A DNA stretch of 63,780 nt, filler included, from Basidioascus undulatus (GCA_000826855.1; 12 parts of 12 records of this genome joined end to end with filler, not necessarily neighbours in it), one strand, 5' to 3'. Shown: positions 26,748-40,081, counted from the whole stretch's first letter. The notes: generated by a model from the sequence alone, not told the origin. Translations and numbers: made by a program.

Positions 26748-27194
26748 TCACTCCTTCGAAAACCACCCGAGCTGGTACTGCACCCCTTCCCTCTCATCAG
26801 CGTTCCGCCCTACCACAGCAAATCGAAGTCCGGAGCGAAAAAGGAGAGAAGGAAGGGAGAAAAGAGGGAGGGAGGCGAGGAGAATGTCACGAACCCCAGA
26901 CGCGATGAAAGGCAGCGCGAACCCGACCGTCGAGAACGCAAGGAACTTGTATTTGAACGCGGGGGTGACGCGTCCATTGGCGTCGCGGTAGGTGAAGGGG
27001 AAGTTCTGTCCCCTCAGAACAACCAATCCACCACCACACCACCTCATCAGCACCATTGAAAGAAGGAAGGGGAAGGGGATGGGGATGGGGGAACGACGCA
27101 CCTCCCCAACCTTGTTCTCGATGTGCACGCTGCGCAGCTGTTGCTGCGTGCGCTGGAGGGTGCGGGGGACACGGCGGGCGGTGAGGGCGAGCAT
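26748..27194 (-). CDS. COX8: Cytochrome c oxidase subunit VIIc (fungal Cox8), 3 exons
   Basis: Presequence MLALTARRVPRTLQR..RSVHIENKVGE/NFPFTY..KFLAFSTVGFALPFIASG/YQL; has the H.EN....N.PF and GF.LPF....YQL signatures. Confidence 0.85.
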   Translation of the reverse strand: MLALTARRVPRTLQRTQQQLRSVHIENKVGEVRRSPIPIPFPFLLSMVLMRWCGGGLVVLRGQNFPFTYRDANGRVTPAFKYKFLAFSTVGFALPFIASGVRDILLASLPLFSLPSLLFRSGLRFAVVGRNADEREGVQYQLGWFSKE

Positions 27195-27784
27195 TTTGGG
27201 TGAGGGGAGATGAGAGTGATGGGTTCTGCGTGGTTAGGAAGGGAGAAGGAGAGGAGCGAGCGGGTTGACGGAGAGAGGCGGCGCGAAGACGGAGGAAGAT
27301 GCGTTCATGAGGGTTCCGACCCGTGATGGGCGGGCCGGGCTGTCGGGGGTGGTCACTGGTCCGAGAGGCTAGGCAAGGCGACAATTGCGAAATCGAATAA
27401 GAGTTACTGAACTTGAAGGACGAGACGAGCGTAAGGATATCGGCAGTGAGACGTTGACGACTGGGCGAGGTGAGAGCGCGCTGCACGGCAGCGAAAATGC
27501 CAGCGCTCATCCCGCGCTCCTTCTTCCCGCCAGCGGCACGCGATCTCGACGCTTGATATCAAAAGGCGCACTCGAAAAGACCTCACATCAAACCGCGCAG
27601 CCGGACAGACTCGACCAGGCCGGATAAGCAACGATGCGAATGCAAGATGCAAAGTTCCTTCCACCTCCCTATGCAGCCCACCATCAACGATGTAACCCCT
27701 ACGCGCCCTGAGCTGCCCGCTTCCCTGCGCCTCAAACCTCACCCCGCGTCCCACCACGCCTGCTCCAGCCCGCCCCCACCCAAA

Positions 27785-27995
27785 TCACAGCCTAGCCGTC
27801 CCTCCTCCCGCCGCACCCCCCGCGCCGCCGACGCTAAAAACGCTGAGCAGCGCAAAGCACGCGTACAGGAGCCCGACGGGGTACGCGACGAGGAGGCGCT
27901 GCTCGGACATGCGGAGGACGGCGACGAAGATGCCTGATGCGGCGTACGTGCACCAGGCTGTGGAGAGGAGAGAGAGGAGGTAGCCGAATAGATGA
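27785..27995 (-). CDS. YIP1: Yip1 (Golgi/ER Rab-interacting membrane protein), last exon, partial
   Basis: HLFGYLLSLLSTAWCTYAASGIFVAVLRMSEQRLLVAYPVGLLYACFALLSVF...* matches the Yip1 C-terminus. Confidence 0.9.
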
Positions 27996-28302
27996 CTGGT
28001 GTTGGGGGANNNNNNNNNNNNNNNNNNNNNNNNNNNNNNNNNNNNNNNNNNNNTTAATTAATTAANNNNNNNNNNNNNNNNNNNNNNNNNNNNNNNNNNN
28101 NNNNNNNNNCCAAGAAAAGACTCTCGAATTTTTGCGAGTTTTGCTTGAGAGAGTCATTAATGAGCAGGATTCAGGACGCGCTACTCTAGAAAATGGCGGC
28201 GAAGACGGGCTGCGAAGCGAGTCGTGCGTCCCCGTCCCTCCTTCCCCTTCTCCCCTCTCCATCCCCTCCCATATTCACGTCTCATTGCCGCCCCCATCCG
28301 CA

Positions 28303-28550
28303 GAATCATCACCCGCATCGCAGCCGCGACGAGGCTCTTGCACTACCTGTGCATCCCCCCTCTCACAGCGGACCCGCTTGACGGCGGGGGGTTCAAGATC
28401 GCCACAAAGCTTCACGAGGGCGCCGGGGGCGTGTACCACATGTTCACCGTGGCGTTCGGGCGGCAAAGCTTAAGCTTGGCGTACCCGCCAGAGTGGCTGC
28501 CTCGTGAGGCTTGCCCCGTCGATTTGTGGTTCAGCTTCATATTGCCTTGA
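28303..28550 (+). CDS. 3' exon of a hypothetical protein, partial
   Basis: After a CAG acceptor: IITRIAAATRLLHYLCIPPL..VYHMFTVAFGRQSLSLAYPPEWLP..FILP*. Confidence 0.35.
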
Positions 28551-29088
28551 GACACCACACTTCTCAAACCCGATTAAGTAGGTAGCCGTATCGGAGAAGT
28601 TTCTTTGGCTAGAGCATGGGGGAGGCAAAGTAGCGAGCCGACTTGAAAGCGTCGCGGGCAGGCCGTGTGGTTTCTACGACACCGAAGACTGTCGATAGGG
28701 ACCCTGCAACGGCCTGGTTAGCTCCTCTATTTTACTTCTGGGTAGTTACTACTTTGATATTTACCCCTTGCCTCAGGCTCGGTCGGTCCACTCGGTGGGG
28801 TAACCTCCCCAGTACACGGCTTCGGAACAAGTAGTTGCCGCTCTGGACCTATACAACGAAGTATTGTCATATTTCTTGATCTTGCTGAATGAGAAGGATG
28901 ATTACTCCGTGTCCCCGTCCCCCAACTCTGTCGGAAGCGGATTGGGTTTGAAGCCACGGGCCGGGCGGGCTACAGAACTTCACCACATGTGTGGTACCTT
29001 GCCGTCCCACTGCCAGCGTTGATCGCACGCTCCTCTTCTCAAATACACCACTCTTCACACATAACTGATAATCCTACGTGTATACACC

Positions 29089-29945
29089 ATGACCTCTGTG
29101 GATATAGCTCGCTTCGTATGAACAAACTGCGGGACAGACGCGTACTCCAAGGGAGCAAAGCTGCGGGCGTGCGGGCGCTGCAAAGAAGGTCCGGCTTGTA
29201 CGCATTCTGCCGCTACCAAGGGCTCCACTGATTGGTTTCAAGCACAGCTCTGTACTGCTCGGTCCAGTCTCAGCGGGCAGACTGGCCGGCGCATCAGTTC
29301 CTCTGCTGGCACCACGCAGTCGTCCTCGGGCTCGAGCGCGACTTGAGTCCGCCGAAGCCGTCCGACGACGAGCTGGGCGATCGGCTCATAGTATGGCATC
29401 AGGCGCACTACCTCTCCCTCTTCTTTTCCGCGTACCAAGCGCTGGGCTTGGAGCGCGACGTGACGAACTGCGAGCGCGAGGCGCTCTGGATCAAGCTCGG
29501 ACTGTCGAGCACGCGGACCGGCCGTCCCGCTTCGAGACGCGCGAATGCAGGGTATATCCGCTCGATACCGTCACCCTCATCCTCTGCAATTACGCCGGAG
29601 AGTCTATGCGGACCGAGCTCCAGAAGGCGCAAGAGCGCGGTGAGTGGTGTAGCTCCGGCGTTGTATTGCTGAAGGCGTAGCGGTTGCCTGGCCATCCCAA
29701 GTCGGGGAACATTGGGCAGTGAGGAGAGCGGGTTGGCAGGGCATCACAATGCTGTTGATAGGTGGTGATTCGGTCACTGAGCGCACCCGCTATGGCGGCT
29801 GGGCCAACTTCATTTCATCACCTTCCCTGTTCCTCGCCCGGGCATTTGGGAGGGGGTGCCACCGGCGCTCTTCAGCATGCTTACGGACTCCGATATGGAT
29901 TGGTGGGAATGGTTCAAGTGGACGGTGCTGCGTGAGAATCTCGTA
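29089..29945 (+). pseudogene. MYND zinc-finger protein, disrupted
   Basis: V*TNCG...LRACGRCKE/ALYCSVQSQRADWPAHQFLC. First Cys is TGA (29119-29121), another ligand Cys is Ser, frameshift near 29505, internal TAG at 29678-29680. Confidence 0.75.
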
Positions 29946-31702
29946 GAGCCCTAAACCTGTTGATACATACCTTTCTTCGAGAGTCCACGTTGCGGGCCCA
30001 CCCGCTCTTCTTGCGCTCTCGCAAACGGATTTGTGCCCTGACAGGGTAGTGAGTTGTTCGTCTTCCCTTCTTGTACTACCCTTGGGTTCTCAGGGGTGGT
30101 ACTATGCCTGAGTAACCTTGCCGGGTTTCCCCTCGGCAAAGCGCGTCGATGCACCGCCGCATTGTAGACAACTACAGAGCAGCCTGCCTCCGGCCTGCTT
30201 TCCACCGACGTGGGCTTCATGTAGACACCCCAGTTTCTTACTCAAACATGAGCCTTAGTCCGTAATGGGGACGAGTCCGCGAGCATGCAGGTACAACGCC
30301 CTACAGACAACGGTAGCACGTGCGCATGGCGTGTCTGCAGCCTGAGGTCCTCAAACATGCTTGCGAAGCTCTGTTTTTTGAGTCGTCTCCTGATCAGAAA
30401 ACTCTATGGGATCTGTGTTAGATAAGTCAGAAATCTCGCAGACATCGCCGGCCGCAGGCGTTCTGCCAGGCGTGCTGTCCTCCGCTCGGATGCGTCGCGT
30501 TCGCCTTCAGCACTTTTTGCTTCAAAATTCAACAGGAACGGTCCATGGCAGAGCAACACCTCTCCACCCTTCCGAATTGAACGACTAGGTCCAAACAACG
30601 ATGCTCAGCAGCCCCGCACGTGGAACCTGCCTCGACGATTTCCAGGTCAAGCAGTAGGTTTAGTAGGTTCGCATGGGAAACACAGAATGTTTAACACTAT
30701 AAGGTGCAATGTGTTCCCAGGTGCAAGCTGATGACCGGCGTCTGCCGTACCAGGGATGCACTTTTTCCTTGGATGCTTACGTCCCAGCGTACCACCAGCC
30801 TGTGTGTCTTTCCATTCTTCGCTCCACTTCGTACATCGACGAAACCTTCTTTTCGACCGAAGTAATCTCATCTTCAGATATCTCTCAATGACAACCGGTG
30901 GATGAATCCTGCATCGTATCCGCCGGTTCGAGCGAGAGTCTCTGTTCGTTCCACAACAGCTGCTCTTAGTCTAACTAATCACTCGGCGAAAATCCAACAA
31001 GCTTGTATATATACATAATCATCCGAAATTTTTTGCATTCAAAGACGCATTGGCAAAGCGCACGGCACAACGAAGCGCACCAGGATCCCAGGGCGCTCAT
31101 TCACAGTCGGTACGCCTGGCCGAGCACACTCGGGACGTGGACGTTCGAGATTTGACTGCAAAGTCCCCACCATCGCTTCCATTCTTAGCGAAGCAGCCCC
31201 ATGCAGAAGGCGTGGGAAAGGAGTACACTGGTTGGTGTCTGCACTGCCCTCCGAAGCCGTGCACCCTCTTCTTGGCGCAGCGCTGTCCGTCTACAGTGGA
31301 CCCGGCCGGTCTCCTCAAACTTTCCTTCCATGGCTCCGCAGGTATCCGGCAGCCTGTCACATTCTCAGTGCGCAAGAGCAAGCAAGGGTATTCCCAAGTA
31401 TTCCAGTTCGCATGGCATCGCAAGCTCTCAGATGTGGACGAAAGTGCAATACATGGCAACATGGATCCATACGCAAGAACAAGGAAGCGCCGTCGGATAG
31501 ACGAAGAGAAGCGTTTACTGTACCCCCACCAACACAGTCAGCTTCACCGTCCGGCCGGGGATCAAAGGGAGACGGGGAAGGGGAATGGGCGGAGGGAAAG
31601 GGNNNNNNNNNNNNNNNNNNNNNNNNNNNNNNNNNNNNNNNNNNNNTTAATTAATTAANNNNNNNNNNNNNNNNNNNNNNNNNNNNNNNNNNNNNNNNNN
31701 NN

Positions 31703-32599
31703 CTTGCCTTTTCACCCCTCCCCTAAGCGCGTCCCCGTCCTGCCCCGCCGGCCTCCCGCTCCCGCTCCCTCTCCCACCGCCGCCCCTCGTCCACCTCGCC
31801 CTGAAGCAGTCGCTCCATGCGCTCCTCCACGACCCACTTGCCCAGCTCCTCCGTGCCCACCCACCAGTCTTCAGGGACCTCGCCGTCCGCGACGACCAGT
31901 GGCGCGGGCGCTGTGTCCGACAGGGTTACGAGGAGGTCGCGAAGGGGCAGGGGTGCGGCGGAGGGGGAGGAGGAAGACGGGGATGGCGTGTGGATGCGGA
32001 GGCGCGGGGAGGAGCGGTGCGCGGAGAGCTGCCGCTCGAGCCAGTAGGATGCGGCGCGACTCGCGGCGGAGAGGTTCGGGTCGGGGGAGTTCTTGAGTCT
32101 GTCGAGGTCCCCGATAGCTACACCGCGTCGCCCATCTTCTTCAGTCCCTCAACACCTCGTACTGCCATTTGCGCTGCTCAGCTGACTCACCAGACCTCGA
32201 GACCACACACTCCCGTCCGCCCTGCGACACCCACATCTTGCACACCCCCAGTGCGAACACGAGCGCGCTCACGTCGAGCACGACCGTCACGCGTCCAGGC
32301 TCGCGCGCGTGCGCTCCAGCACCTCGCCCACCACCACCACCACCGCCGCCGCGTCCGCGTCCACGCCCACGCTGCGCTCCGGCGCCGACGGAGAGGTTGC
32401 TTACGTCGCGCTCGAGCGACTCGACGCGCGCCTTGAGGAACGCTGCGCCGAGGGCGCGCGAGAGCCGGGCTTGCGCTTCGGACTGTGGGGGTCCTCGTCG
32501 GTGCTCAGCATTGGGACTGGCGCCTGGGGCGGGGGGAGGTAAAGGGCGTACTTTGTCTAATGGCGCTGGGGATTGCGCCGGAAATGGAGAGTCGGGCAT
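31703..32599 (-). CDS. PIN-domain protein (Nmd4/Swt1/SMG-like) with an RG-rich N-terminal segment, 3' truncated
   Basis: LSRALGAAFLKARVESLE, RGRGRGRGGG, VVLDVSALVFAL, then AIGTLDRLKNS...AASRAASYWLERQL. Confidence 0.7.
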
Positions 32600-33117
32600 A
32601 TTGATTGATTTAAGATAACGACGACAGAAGTGAGAGGGAACACCACTGTGCCCTTGATGTGCAGACGATGATGGTGCCTGCTTCTCCGAGGTTGTGCCGC
32701 GGATTGGCTGCGAAGGGTCAGCATCGCCGAAAAGCCCTGCTGAACAGCGAATGTCGTTGATTAGGATGGTCGGTTAATCCAAATGACATGAGCAGTTTTC
32801 CTCTAAGATGCTACTCTCCTTACATACCCGTCCTGTCAGCTAGTCTTGCCAAAGCAGGCGAAGTCGGCTGTCAACTGGCTGTAGACCTCGACAGGTTTTA
32901 GACTTCAACAGAGACTGTAGTGTATGACGGTTTTGAAAAATCCAGTTAAATTGCTAGAATTGCTTTGGCTGAGGTACTGCCGAGCTATGGCCCTGGAGCG
33001 GTAAAGCTTGTCGCGGACGGAACTCCGCTTCTCACCGCGCAAACTCGCAGGTCGTCTCTTGGCCACGAACCACCACCACTCTCGCGCTGCTTTCTCTTCC
33101 GCAATACATCTACTCTC

Positions 33118-33440
33118 ATGCCTTCACTCACTCCCCTTCCGACGGAGATCCTCACCGAGATCTTCGCTCTCGCGTACTCGCTCGAGCCTCCTGCGAAGCA
33201 ATGGGAACGCCGCTTCCCGAGGTATTCGTATGCGGGTCGAGTGGCCGGGATCCTGTTTGCAAGTCATTCAAACGTATCGTCGAGCCGCTCTTCTATCGGC
33301 ACGTCCGCATCTAAAACTCGACACTGCCCGAGTCGTACCGCAGATACGGCATCTGGCGCAGGAACGTAGCTCACTTCCTTTGTGTATCGCTCGAGCTCCG
33401 CGCACCCTCGAACGAGAAATCCACGCACCGCATTATTGAA
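33118..33440 (+). pseudogene. F-box-like protein remnant
   Basis: MPSLTPLPTEILTEIFALA, then a frameshift into FKRIVEPLFYRHVRI followed by TAA. Confidence 0.6.
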
Positions 33441-34976
33441 TCTTGTTCATCATTGTCGCACCTGAGCATTTCTTTCCAGAACCTTATGTCTCATCATTCA
33501 TCCACCCTGCGAGCTTCGAAGCTCTACTCGTTGTCTCGATCTTTGGTTACCGGTTGTAGAAGAAAAGGAGCAGCGTTTACGGTGCAGGTGGAAAGCTTTA
33601 TGCGTGCACCATCACAGGCAAAGTCCAGGTTGCGGCACAGTCCAGGTTTCGATTGTACGGCGAACAGACAGCCTCTCGACTCGATGATTGCGGTTTCATA
33701 CAACTTCATGCCCCCTACAGATAGTACCCGAGCAGTCTCTTCGACTGTGGTCTGCGGACGAGGTGGGGAGGTCGATGGATGTCCCACAGAGGTACAGACA
33801 CCTCTGTACGGAATGGGTCGAGACAGAAACTGCCTGAAGTCGAGCGCAGTCGCTGTGCGCACTGCCAGGTCGGGCGTGAGTGGGAGGTGGAAAGCCGAAA
33901 GCTGCGCGGCGAACAGCGAGGCATACAGTGTGACACTGAGAGTAGTGCATGCGCTTTGGACGCTACGAGGAGGGAAGACAAAACATCCGGAGGGATGCGA
34001 AGCGACGTATGATGATGCTGGGGAGGGAGGGTGCATGGTCCATGGGCGCGCCAGATCGGAAGCGGGGCGGTCTTGAAACGAGAAGTGTCCGACGAAGGAG
34101 GTGGAAGTGAAAGGAGAAGTGAAAGGACCTCATCGAAGGCCGGAGGTACCTCTTGGAAGGGAACTTCGACGAGGACAGGCGTCTACGCAGCCTCTATAGG
34201 AGCAGGCAACGCGTTGAAAGCGTCGACGACGGACTTGATCACGCTGACCGCCATCGACGAGCGCATGATCGAAGACAAACATGACCTCGACCCGGTCCTG
34301 CTCAAGATCGCCTTCGCCTAAAGGCTCAAGGACCCGCACGCGCCACGCGGCTCGTCTGGCGCTTCGGGCGGCAACAGCATGTCCGCCTCCTCCGCCACAA
34401 ACAAACCGGCCAATGGAACACGGGCTGCATTGATCTCGAGGTGTCGATGAGGACGCGGACACCGCACTGCCCACTGAATAGTTTGAAAATCCGGGATTGC
34501 AACACTGCAAGTCAGAGGGAGACTTACACAATCACGGTCAAATTAATATCAAGTTAACTGGCAAAGCAATCCGCACACACGCAAGCCCGACAAGACCCAC
34601 CATCTCGCTCTCGGCGGGCGGTCTTATCTTTGGCGCTCCGCTTCGTTCGCAGGGGCATCGCGAAAACAGCTCACTCATCCAAGCTCGGCACACTCGGCAC
34701 ATTTCGTCCCTTGCCTTCTTGCGCAAGTTCCCATCGCACCTCCTTCGCGGTTCTTGGCGGGTCGATCTTTCTATTGCCGGTTCGACCTCATAAGCGACTC
34801 GTCCTGCTCGTCGTTATCCATCTATACACCCGCCACATCGGTACAGGGAGCGTGAAGGTCGTCGACGATGACTTCCCCGCGATCATACCGTGCTGATCAG
34901 CGCGAGATCCTCGGTGTGTCCGGGCCTTCCCTCATTCAGCTGTGAACATCCTCTTGTGCGCTACACTTACACCTGA

Positions 34977-35132
34977 GTGTTCCCAGTCCCATCGATTCAC
35001 TGCCCCTCCTGCGTCTCGCACATCGAAACGCTGCTCACCTCCCCGCTCTCGCCGCTTTCGGCCCTGCTCGACCCGTCCTCCGTCAAAGTCTCCCTCCTCC
35101 ACAAGTCCGTCTCCTATGCGCCCGCAGAGCGG
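34977..35132 (+). CDS. Heavy-metal-associated (HMA) domain fragment, probably the N-terminus of a P1B-type Cu/Cd ATPase; truncated
   Basis: VPSIHCPSCVSHIETLL...VKVSLLHKSVSY (HCxxC metal motif) followed by a GTGAGT donor; no clear ATG. Confidence 0.55.
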
Positions 35133-37469
35133 GTGAGTCGAGCTTCAATTCAGTGTACGCAGGAAGAGGGGAGGAGGGACGCACGAGGACGGGTNNNNNN
35201 NNNNNNNNNNNNNNNNNNNNNNNNNNNNNNNNNNNNNNTTAATTAATTAANNNNNNNNNNNNNNNNNNNNNNNNNNNNNNNNNNNNNNNNNNNNCTCATC
35301 ATCCGCGTGGAAGCTCACGAGATCCCATTTCTCTTCAGACTATCCCCCTCTCCCGCCCCACCATTGACCCTCGCACCGGCACGCCCATCCATGCGATCCG
35401 TGTTGTCTGTTCTTTCATCTTTCCCTGCTGTTCTGTAGAAATGCAGGCTTATAATAAAGCTAGGTGAAAGTTGAATAGTGTGGAGTTACACCTGCCCATG
35501 CTTTTGGGGCCATTCCCCTCGAAGGGTTGCATCCAGTCAAGGCTGTAACTAGATCTGTTGCACTGCCCTCTCATACTTCCTCGACTGAGGTCCAAGTGGG
35601 GATATCTATACTAATACTTTCTCGTAATCCTATTGAAATCTTTATTGGTGCGAAAATTCCCACTATGCTCTGCAACAAGAGCGCCGCGACGACAGTTGTC
35701 TGTAGCAGACCGCAGCATCTCCAACACAGTCCACCCTGCGGACTTCAAATCCGAGATTTCCCTGACAAGCCATAGAGCTTTGAATCCTTCTAAAATTTAC
35801 AGCCCTGGTTTCGGACTGCGCGTTTTTCATCAAACAGCAGACGTGGCTGTGGGACTCTGGGTTCCGGAAGGTCCGGACCACTGCGCATGGGCCGGAGGAG
35901 CATGGGTGCTTGCGGCACCATCGCCGGATGCTCGAGCACAAGGCGCGCAGGGGGCAACACTTATGGCTAAATTGGAATTGCGGGATGAGCTCATTGCTCG
36001 GTGGAGTACTTGACGCGGGCTGGAACGATTTTCATCTGCGCTGCATGACCTTGATTGATGCTGTTGAACATTGCCTGAAACTATCTGCTGAAAAATCAAA
36101 AGATGGTCGATCATAACCCCAAGTTTCACGCAGTCTCTCTCGTCTGCTTCTCGTGCTTACTGTGCTTATACGTTACCTCGCACATCTTGGTGCGCAAGAT
36201 CGAGCACTTCACGGGGCTCTGCATCATTTCATGTTTGCGCAAGAGTTTTCCAACGTACTCCATCTCATTTAGGCCAACAAGCGATGCTTTTAGCCTGGCT
36301 TTCAGCGCTGTCCACTCGACAGAATTGGGTGTCAAACTGGACCGTTAGAGCCTCTTCGCTGACCCCGTCTACGCCCCGGCTGCAGCGGTGTACCGAGCAC
36401 AAACCCTCTTACGATGGATCTGACGGAAGATGCATCCTCCACAGAGCAAGATGAAACTCTGCACGGCTTGCTCGACGCGGCAAGAAATACGCAGAGGGAC
36501 GCGCTGCGCAGAGTGAGAGCTTTGCGGTGGGTTGAAAGGCCGCAGGTCATTATGTAGAGCTCGACGAGGATCTGACAGCTCGTGAGGAAGTGGGACACCT
36601 CATCTGAGTGTGTTTCTGCGAGCTCGAAGCGACAGGAGCGCAGCGGGGAGGTACGCGCGCCGGCCCGTGCCTGCACTGTGAGTGAGGCTGATCCATCCGA
36701 GGGCATGGATACAGCTAAAGAGAGGAGCAGGGCGGTCGGCCCTATTGCTGCCATCGAGCGGTCTGCACCCGAGGAAGACAAGAGAATTTAAGCGCCGAAG
36801 CAAGCGGACGTGGGCGGTGAGGTCGCGATCGCCGACTTGGAAGCTGCTCGGCGATGATCGACGTGCTACACCAGACGATTGAATTGATCGAGCTCGAAAA
36901 CGCAGGACGAGTGCCCCTAAGGATCTGGATAGACCTGCTAGTGAGCGCGAACCAGAGGTCCAGTCCGCGCTTGCGAACGAAGAATACCCACGAACTGATA
37001 TTCAGGCCCGGCAAACTTGGGTTGGTTCGCTCTACGGAATGATTAGAGGCTCCGAAGGCCGCAGGTCGTTAGTTGAACCTCGCGGCGGCTCGTAAAGCCT
37101 CAAGGGTAGGTGGGGCGCCTCGTGCGTGCTCTTAGCTTGCAGCAATGTGTGGGCGCTCCCGCCCGAGGCAGCAGTTGTTTCTATCCAGTTTGATCTGTCG
37201 GAGTGAGGGAACGGAGTTAAAAAGCGAGAGGATCAGCGGAAATGAGTTTCAGTTTTGAGTGAAGAGGCATGTGCGAAATGCCTGATGTGCGTGAGCCCCG
37301 AGGCTTGTTCGAGATGCCGGATGGCATTGAGAAAGAGCAGCTACTCATCAATATGCTGCTCATCAATCTGCTGCGCGAGTCGAGGACGGAAGTGATCGAA
37401 AGTCGAAAGGGCAGCGTGCGTCTGTGCATGAGCGCCTCTACCCACACGCAGTCGATCACCTCTATCACT

Positions 37470-38785
37470 CTATGCCGCCCCCTCCGCCTCCTCCAGCTCG
37501 TCCAGCATCCCCTCCAGCCGAACGCGCTCGTCCGCCTCCCGCAGCTCGGCAACAATCGACCCCAGGCCGTCGCCCTCGAAGAAGGTCGGGAGATCCGAGA
37601 GCGTGAGGGAGATTCTGTGGTCAGTTATTCGGTCCTGTTTCCACGCACCACCCACGCACATTTGTCAGCTTCTGTCTCTTCCTTCTCCTTTTGCGCGAAG
37701 AAAGCGAAAGAAGGGAGACGTGCGAGAGAAGGGAGGCGGGGGCGGAGTGAAATGGAGATGGTTGGGGTGCGGGAAACAGGAAGGGGGAAGAAAGGTAAAA
37801 AGAGAGAAGCAACGACGCACCTGCGGGAAATTGTAAGTCCTAACCTTATCGCTCCGATCCATCCCCTTGACCTGGCTCCGCCGGCTCGCACGGCGCACCT
37901 CCTGCTCCGCCGTGAGCTTGCGCTCAAGCAGGCGGGCCGAGAGGACCTCATAGGCTTTGCGGCGGTTCTGCACACCCACGCTCCTCTTAGTAACTTCCTT
38001 CTTTGGCGAGAGAGGGAGTGGAGAAGAGGTGGGGAGATGAGGAGTGGGGAAAAGCGAAGGAGAGGGAGGGGAGGGAAGGCAAGGGGTGTGGGGGAATAGA
38101 GTTGGGGAAAGGAAGGGAACACGAAGACGAACAGTATGCTGCGACCGCTCGTCCTGCATCGATACCTGGATGCCGGTGGGGGTGTGCGTCAGGCGGACGG
38201 CGGACTCGGTACGGTTCACGTGCTGCGGGTCACCAGGTCAGTATGCGCCTTCAAAGTGCACCCAAGATGAGCGGGTAAAGGAAGTGGGAGACGAGGTGGC
38301 AAAAAGTGGGAGAGAATGGAAGGGGAGATGGAATGGAAGGAAGTGCGAAGGAAGTGGAAGAGGGAGGGAGAGGAAGAAAGGAAGAAGATTATAGAGGGAG
38401 AAGGACGACGCACCTGCCCGCCCGCCCCGCGCGCACGCATCACTTCCACCTTGACGTCCTTGTCGTCGTAGAGCTTTTCGGTCGGGCCAGAGGAGCCGGT
38501 GTTGTCGAGGAGGGGCATGACCTGCGCGCAGGCCCGTTCAGTTTCAACAACTTCAAATCGAAGGCGCTGAACCGAACGGGGTGCGGGGAAGTGAGAAAAG
38601 CGAAAGGGAAGGAGACTTACCAGCACCCCAATCGTGCTCGTGTGCACCCGTCCAGCCGTCTCCGTAGCCGGGACCCTCTGTACGCGATGCACGCCCCTCT
38701 CGCCCCTCAGCTCCTCCCACGCGCCCTCACCCTTCACCTCAAGCAAAGCCTCCTTCCACCCCGCTCCCCCTGCCCCCGCCTCTCC
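37470..38785 (-). CDS. MRF1: Mitochondrial peptide chain release factor 1, 5' truncated
   Basis: [23 protein letters not shown] (PxT motif), [27 protein letters not shown] (GGQ), [27 protein letters not shown]. Confidence 0.95.
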
Positions 38786-38885
38786 NNNNNNNNNNNNNNN
38801 NNNNNNNNNNNNNNNNNNNNNNNNNNNNNTTAATTAATTAANNNNNNNNNNNNNNNNNNNNNNNNNNNNNNNNNNNNNNNNNNNN

Positions 38886-40081
38886 ACTTCTTACTCGCAT
38901 TGGTCTAGTTCTGGAGGCGGCGGCGGAGGTGGTGGACGAACCGCTGGCGGTGCGGTTCCCGTGGCTCTGGACCTCGACCTGCGCGTTGACCTCATCGACC
39001 TCGTTCTCCTCCGGCTCCTCCTCCGGCTCCTCCTCCGGCATGGCGTCCGCCGCACGGGTCGACCTGCGGATCTTGAACGTCCTGGGCGGCTTGCACACGG
39101 CGGCGCGGCGATTGTTGAGGAGGTCCGCGAGCCAGGCGGAGATGGCGAATGAGCCGTCCTGCGCGACGGAGGAACGCACGTCGTCGACCTCGTCGATCAC
39201 GTAGTCGTCGATCCCCGCGTAGTCGCCGCGCAGGATGCGCGAGACGAGCGAGGCGAAGAGCGCCTTGTCGTTCGAGGCGCACGTCTTGAGCGTCGCGGTC
39301 CACCCGGAGCGGCGGCGCGTGTTGGTGAACCAGGACTCAACCTGCGGAGCATCATAGGCTAAGCATCGTCCGACGGGGAAGCAGAGGAAGGAGGAAGGGG
39401 AGAAGTCGAAGGGGAAGGGGGAAGGGGTACCCAACGAACCTGCTTGACCTCGACGCCGCACTCCTCCGCGAGCTCCTTTTTGACCTCCACAGTCGGGTAC
39501 GGCTTGTCCATATGTTCGACGAACCACTCGCGGCAGTGGAGGAACACCTCGGACTGCTCGTACGCCTCGAGCTTGTCCTCGCTCGGCTCGACCTTCGCGC
39601 GCTTCGCTGCACCCGCCGCCGCGGAGAGCGTGCGGTGCGGCTGGAGGGACGGCTTGGTCGCGTTCGAGGAGGAGGAGGACTCGAAGACGGTGCGGGGGGT
39701 CGAGGATGGTGAAGAACGGAATGAAGGAGCGCGAGAGGAGGGCGCTTTGCGCTTGCGCGAGTTGAAAGGGCGGGATACGGAGCTGCGATGCTCGGTGCAC
39801 CGAGATTTGAACGACGCAGTCTCGGCCTCCGCTGCAATCGCATTCGAGGCAAGATTGCGAGATACTATCTCGACCCGAGAGGCGGCATCCCTTGCTGCGA
39901 GGAGGACTCCTCTGCTCAGATGGCCATCCTTGGCAAGGCGAGCGAAGTCCTCCCCCACTCGCTGCCAAGCCTGTAAGGCGACAGCGAGAGCATCGTCGTC
40001 CTCCGACGCACACGCCTTGAAGAAGGTCAATTCGGCGAGTTCCAGACGAGCGAGGTGTGCTTCTTCGGTCGAGAAAGCCAT
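38886..40081 (-). CDS. HD1: Mating-type homeodomain protein HD1 (bE-like), 3' truncated; intron 39342-39439
   Basis: Helical N-terminal region MAFSTEEAHLARLELAEL..; TALE-type homeodomain CREWFVEHMDKPYPTVEVKKELAEECGVEVKQ/VESWFTNTRRRSGWT (PYP and WFxNxRRRSGW). Confidence 0.95.

Noticed and set aside
17401..29121. In-frame TGA at a likely Trp (phytase) and at a Cys (MYND) suggesting recoding or selenocysteine
   Set aside because: Both genes carry independent frameshifts, TGA is a normal stop in thiolase, BolA, COX8, YIP1 and SMD3, and Dikarya are not known to use Sec
35400..37100. Possible degraded gene upstream of the MRF1 3' end
   Set aside because: Fragmentary frames with stops and no identifiable family; not supportable as a feature
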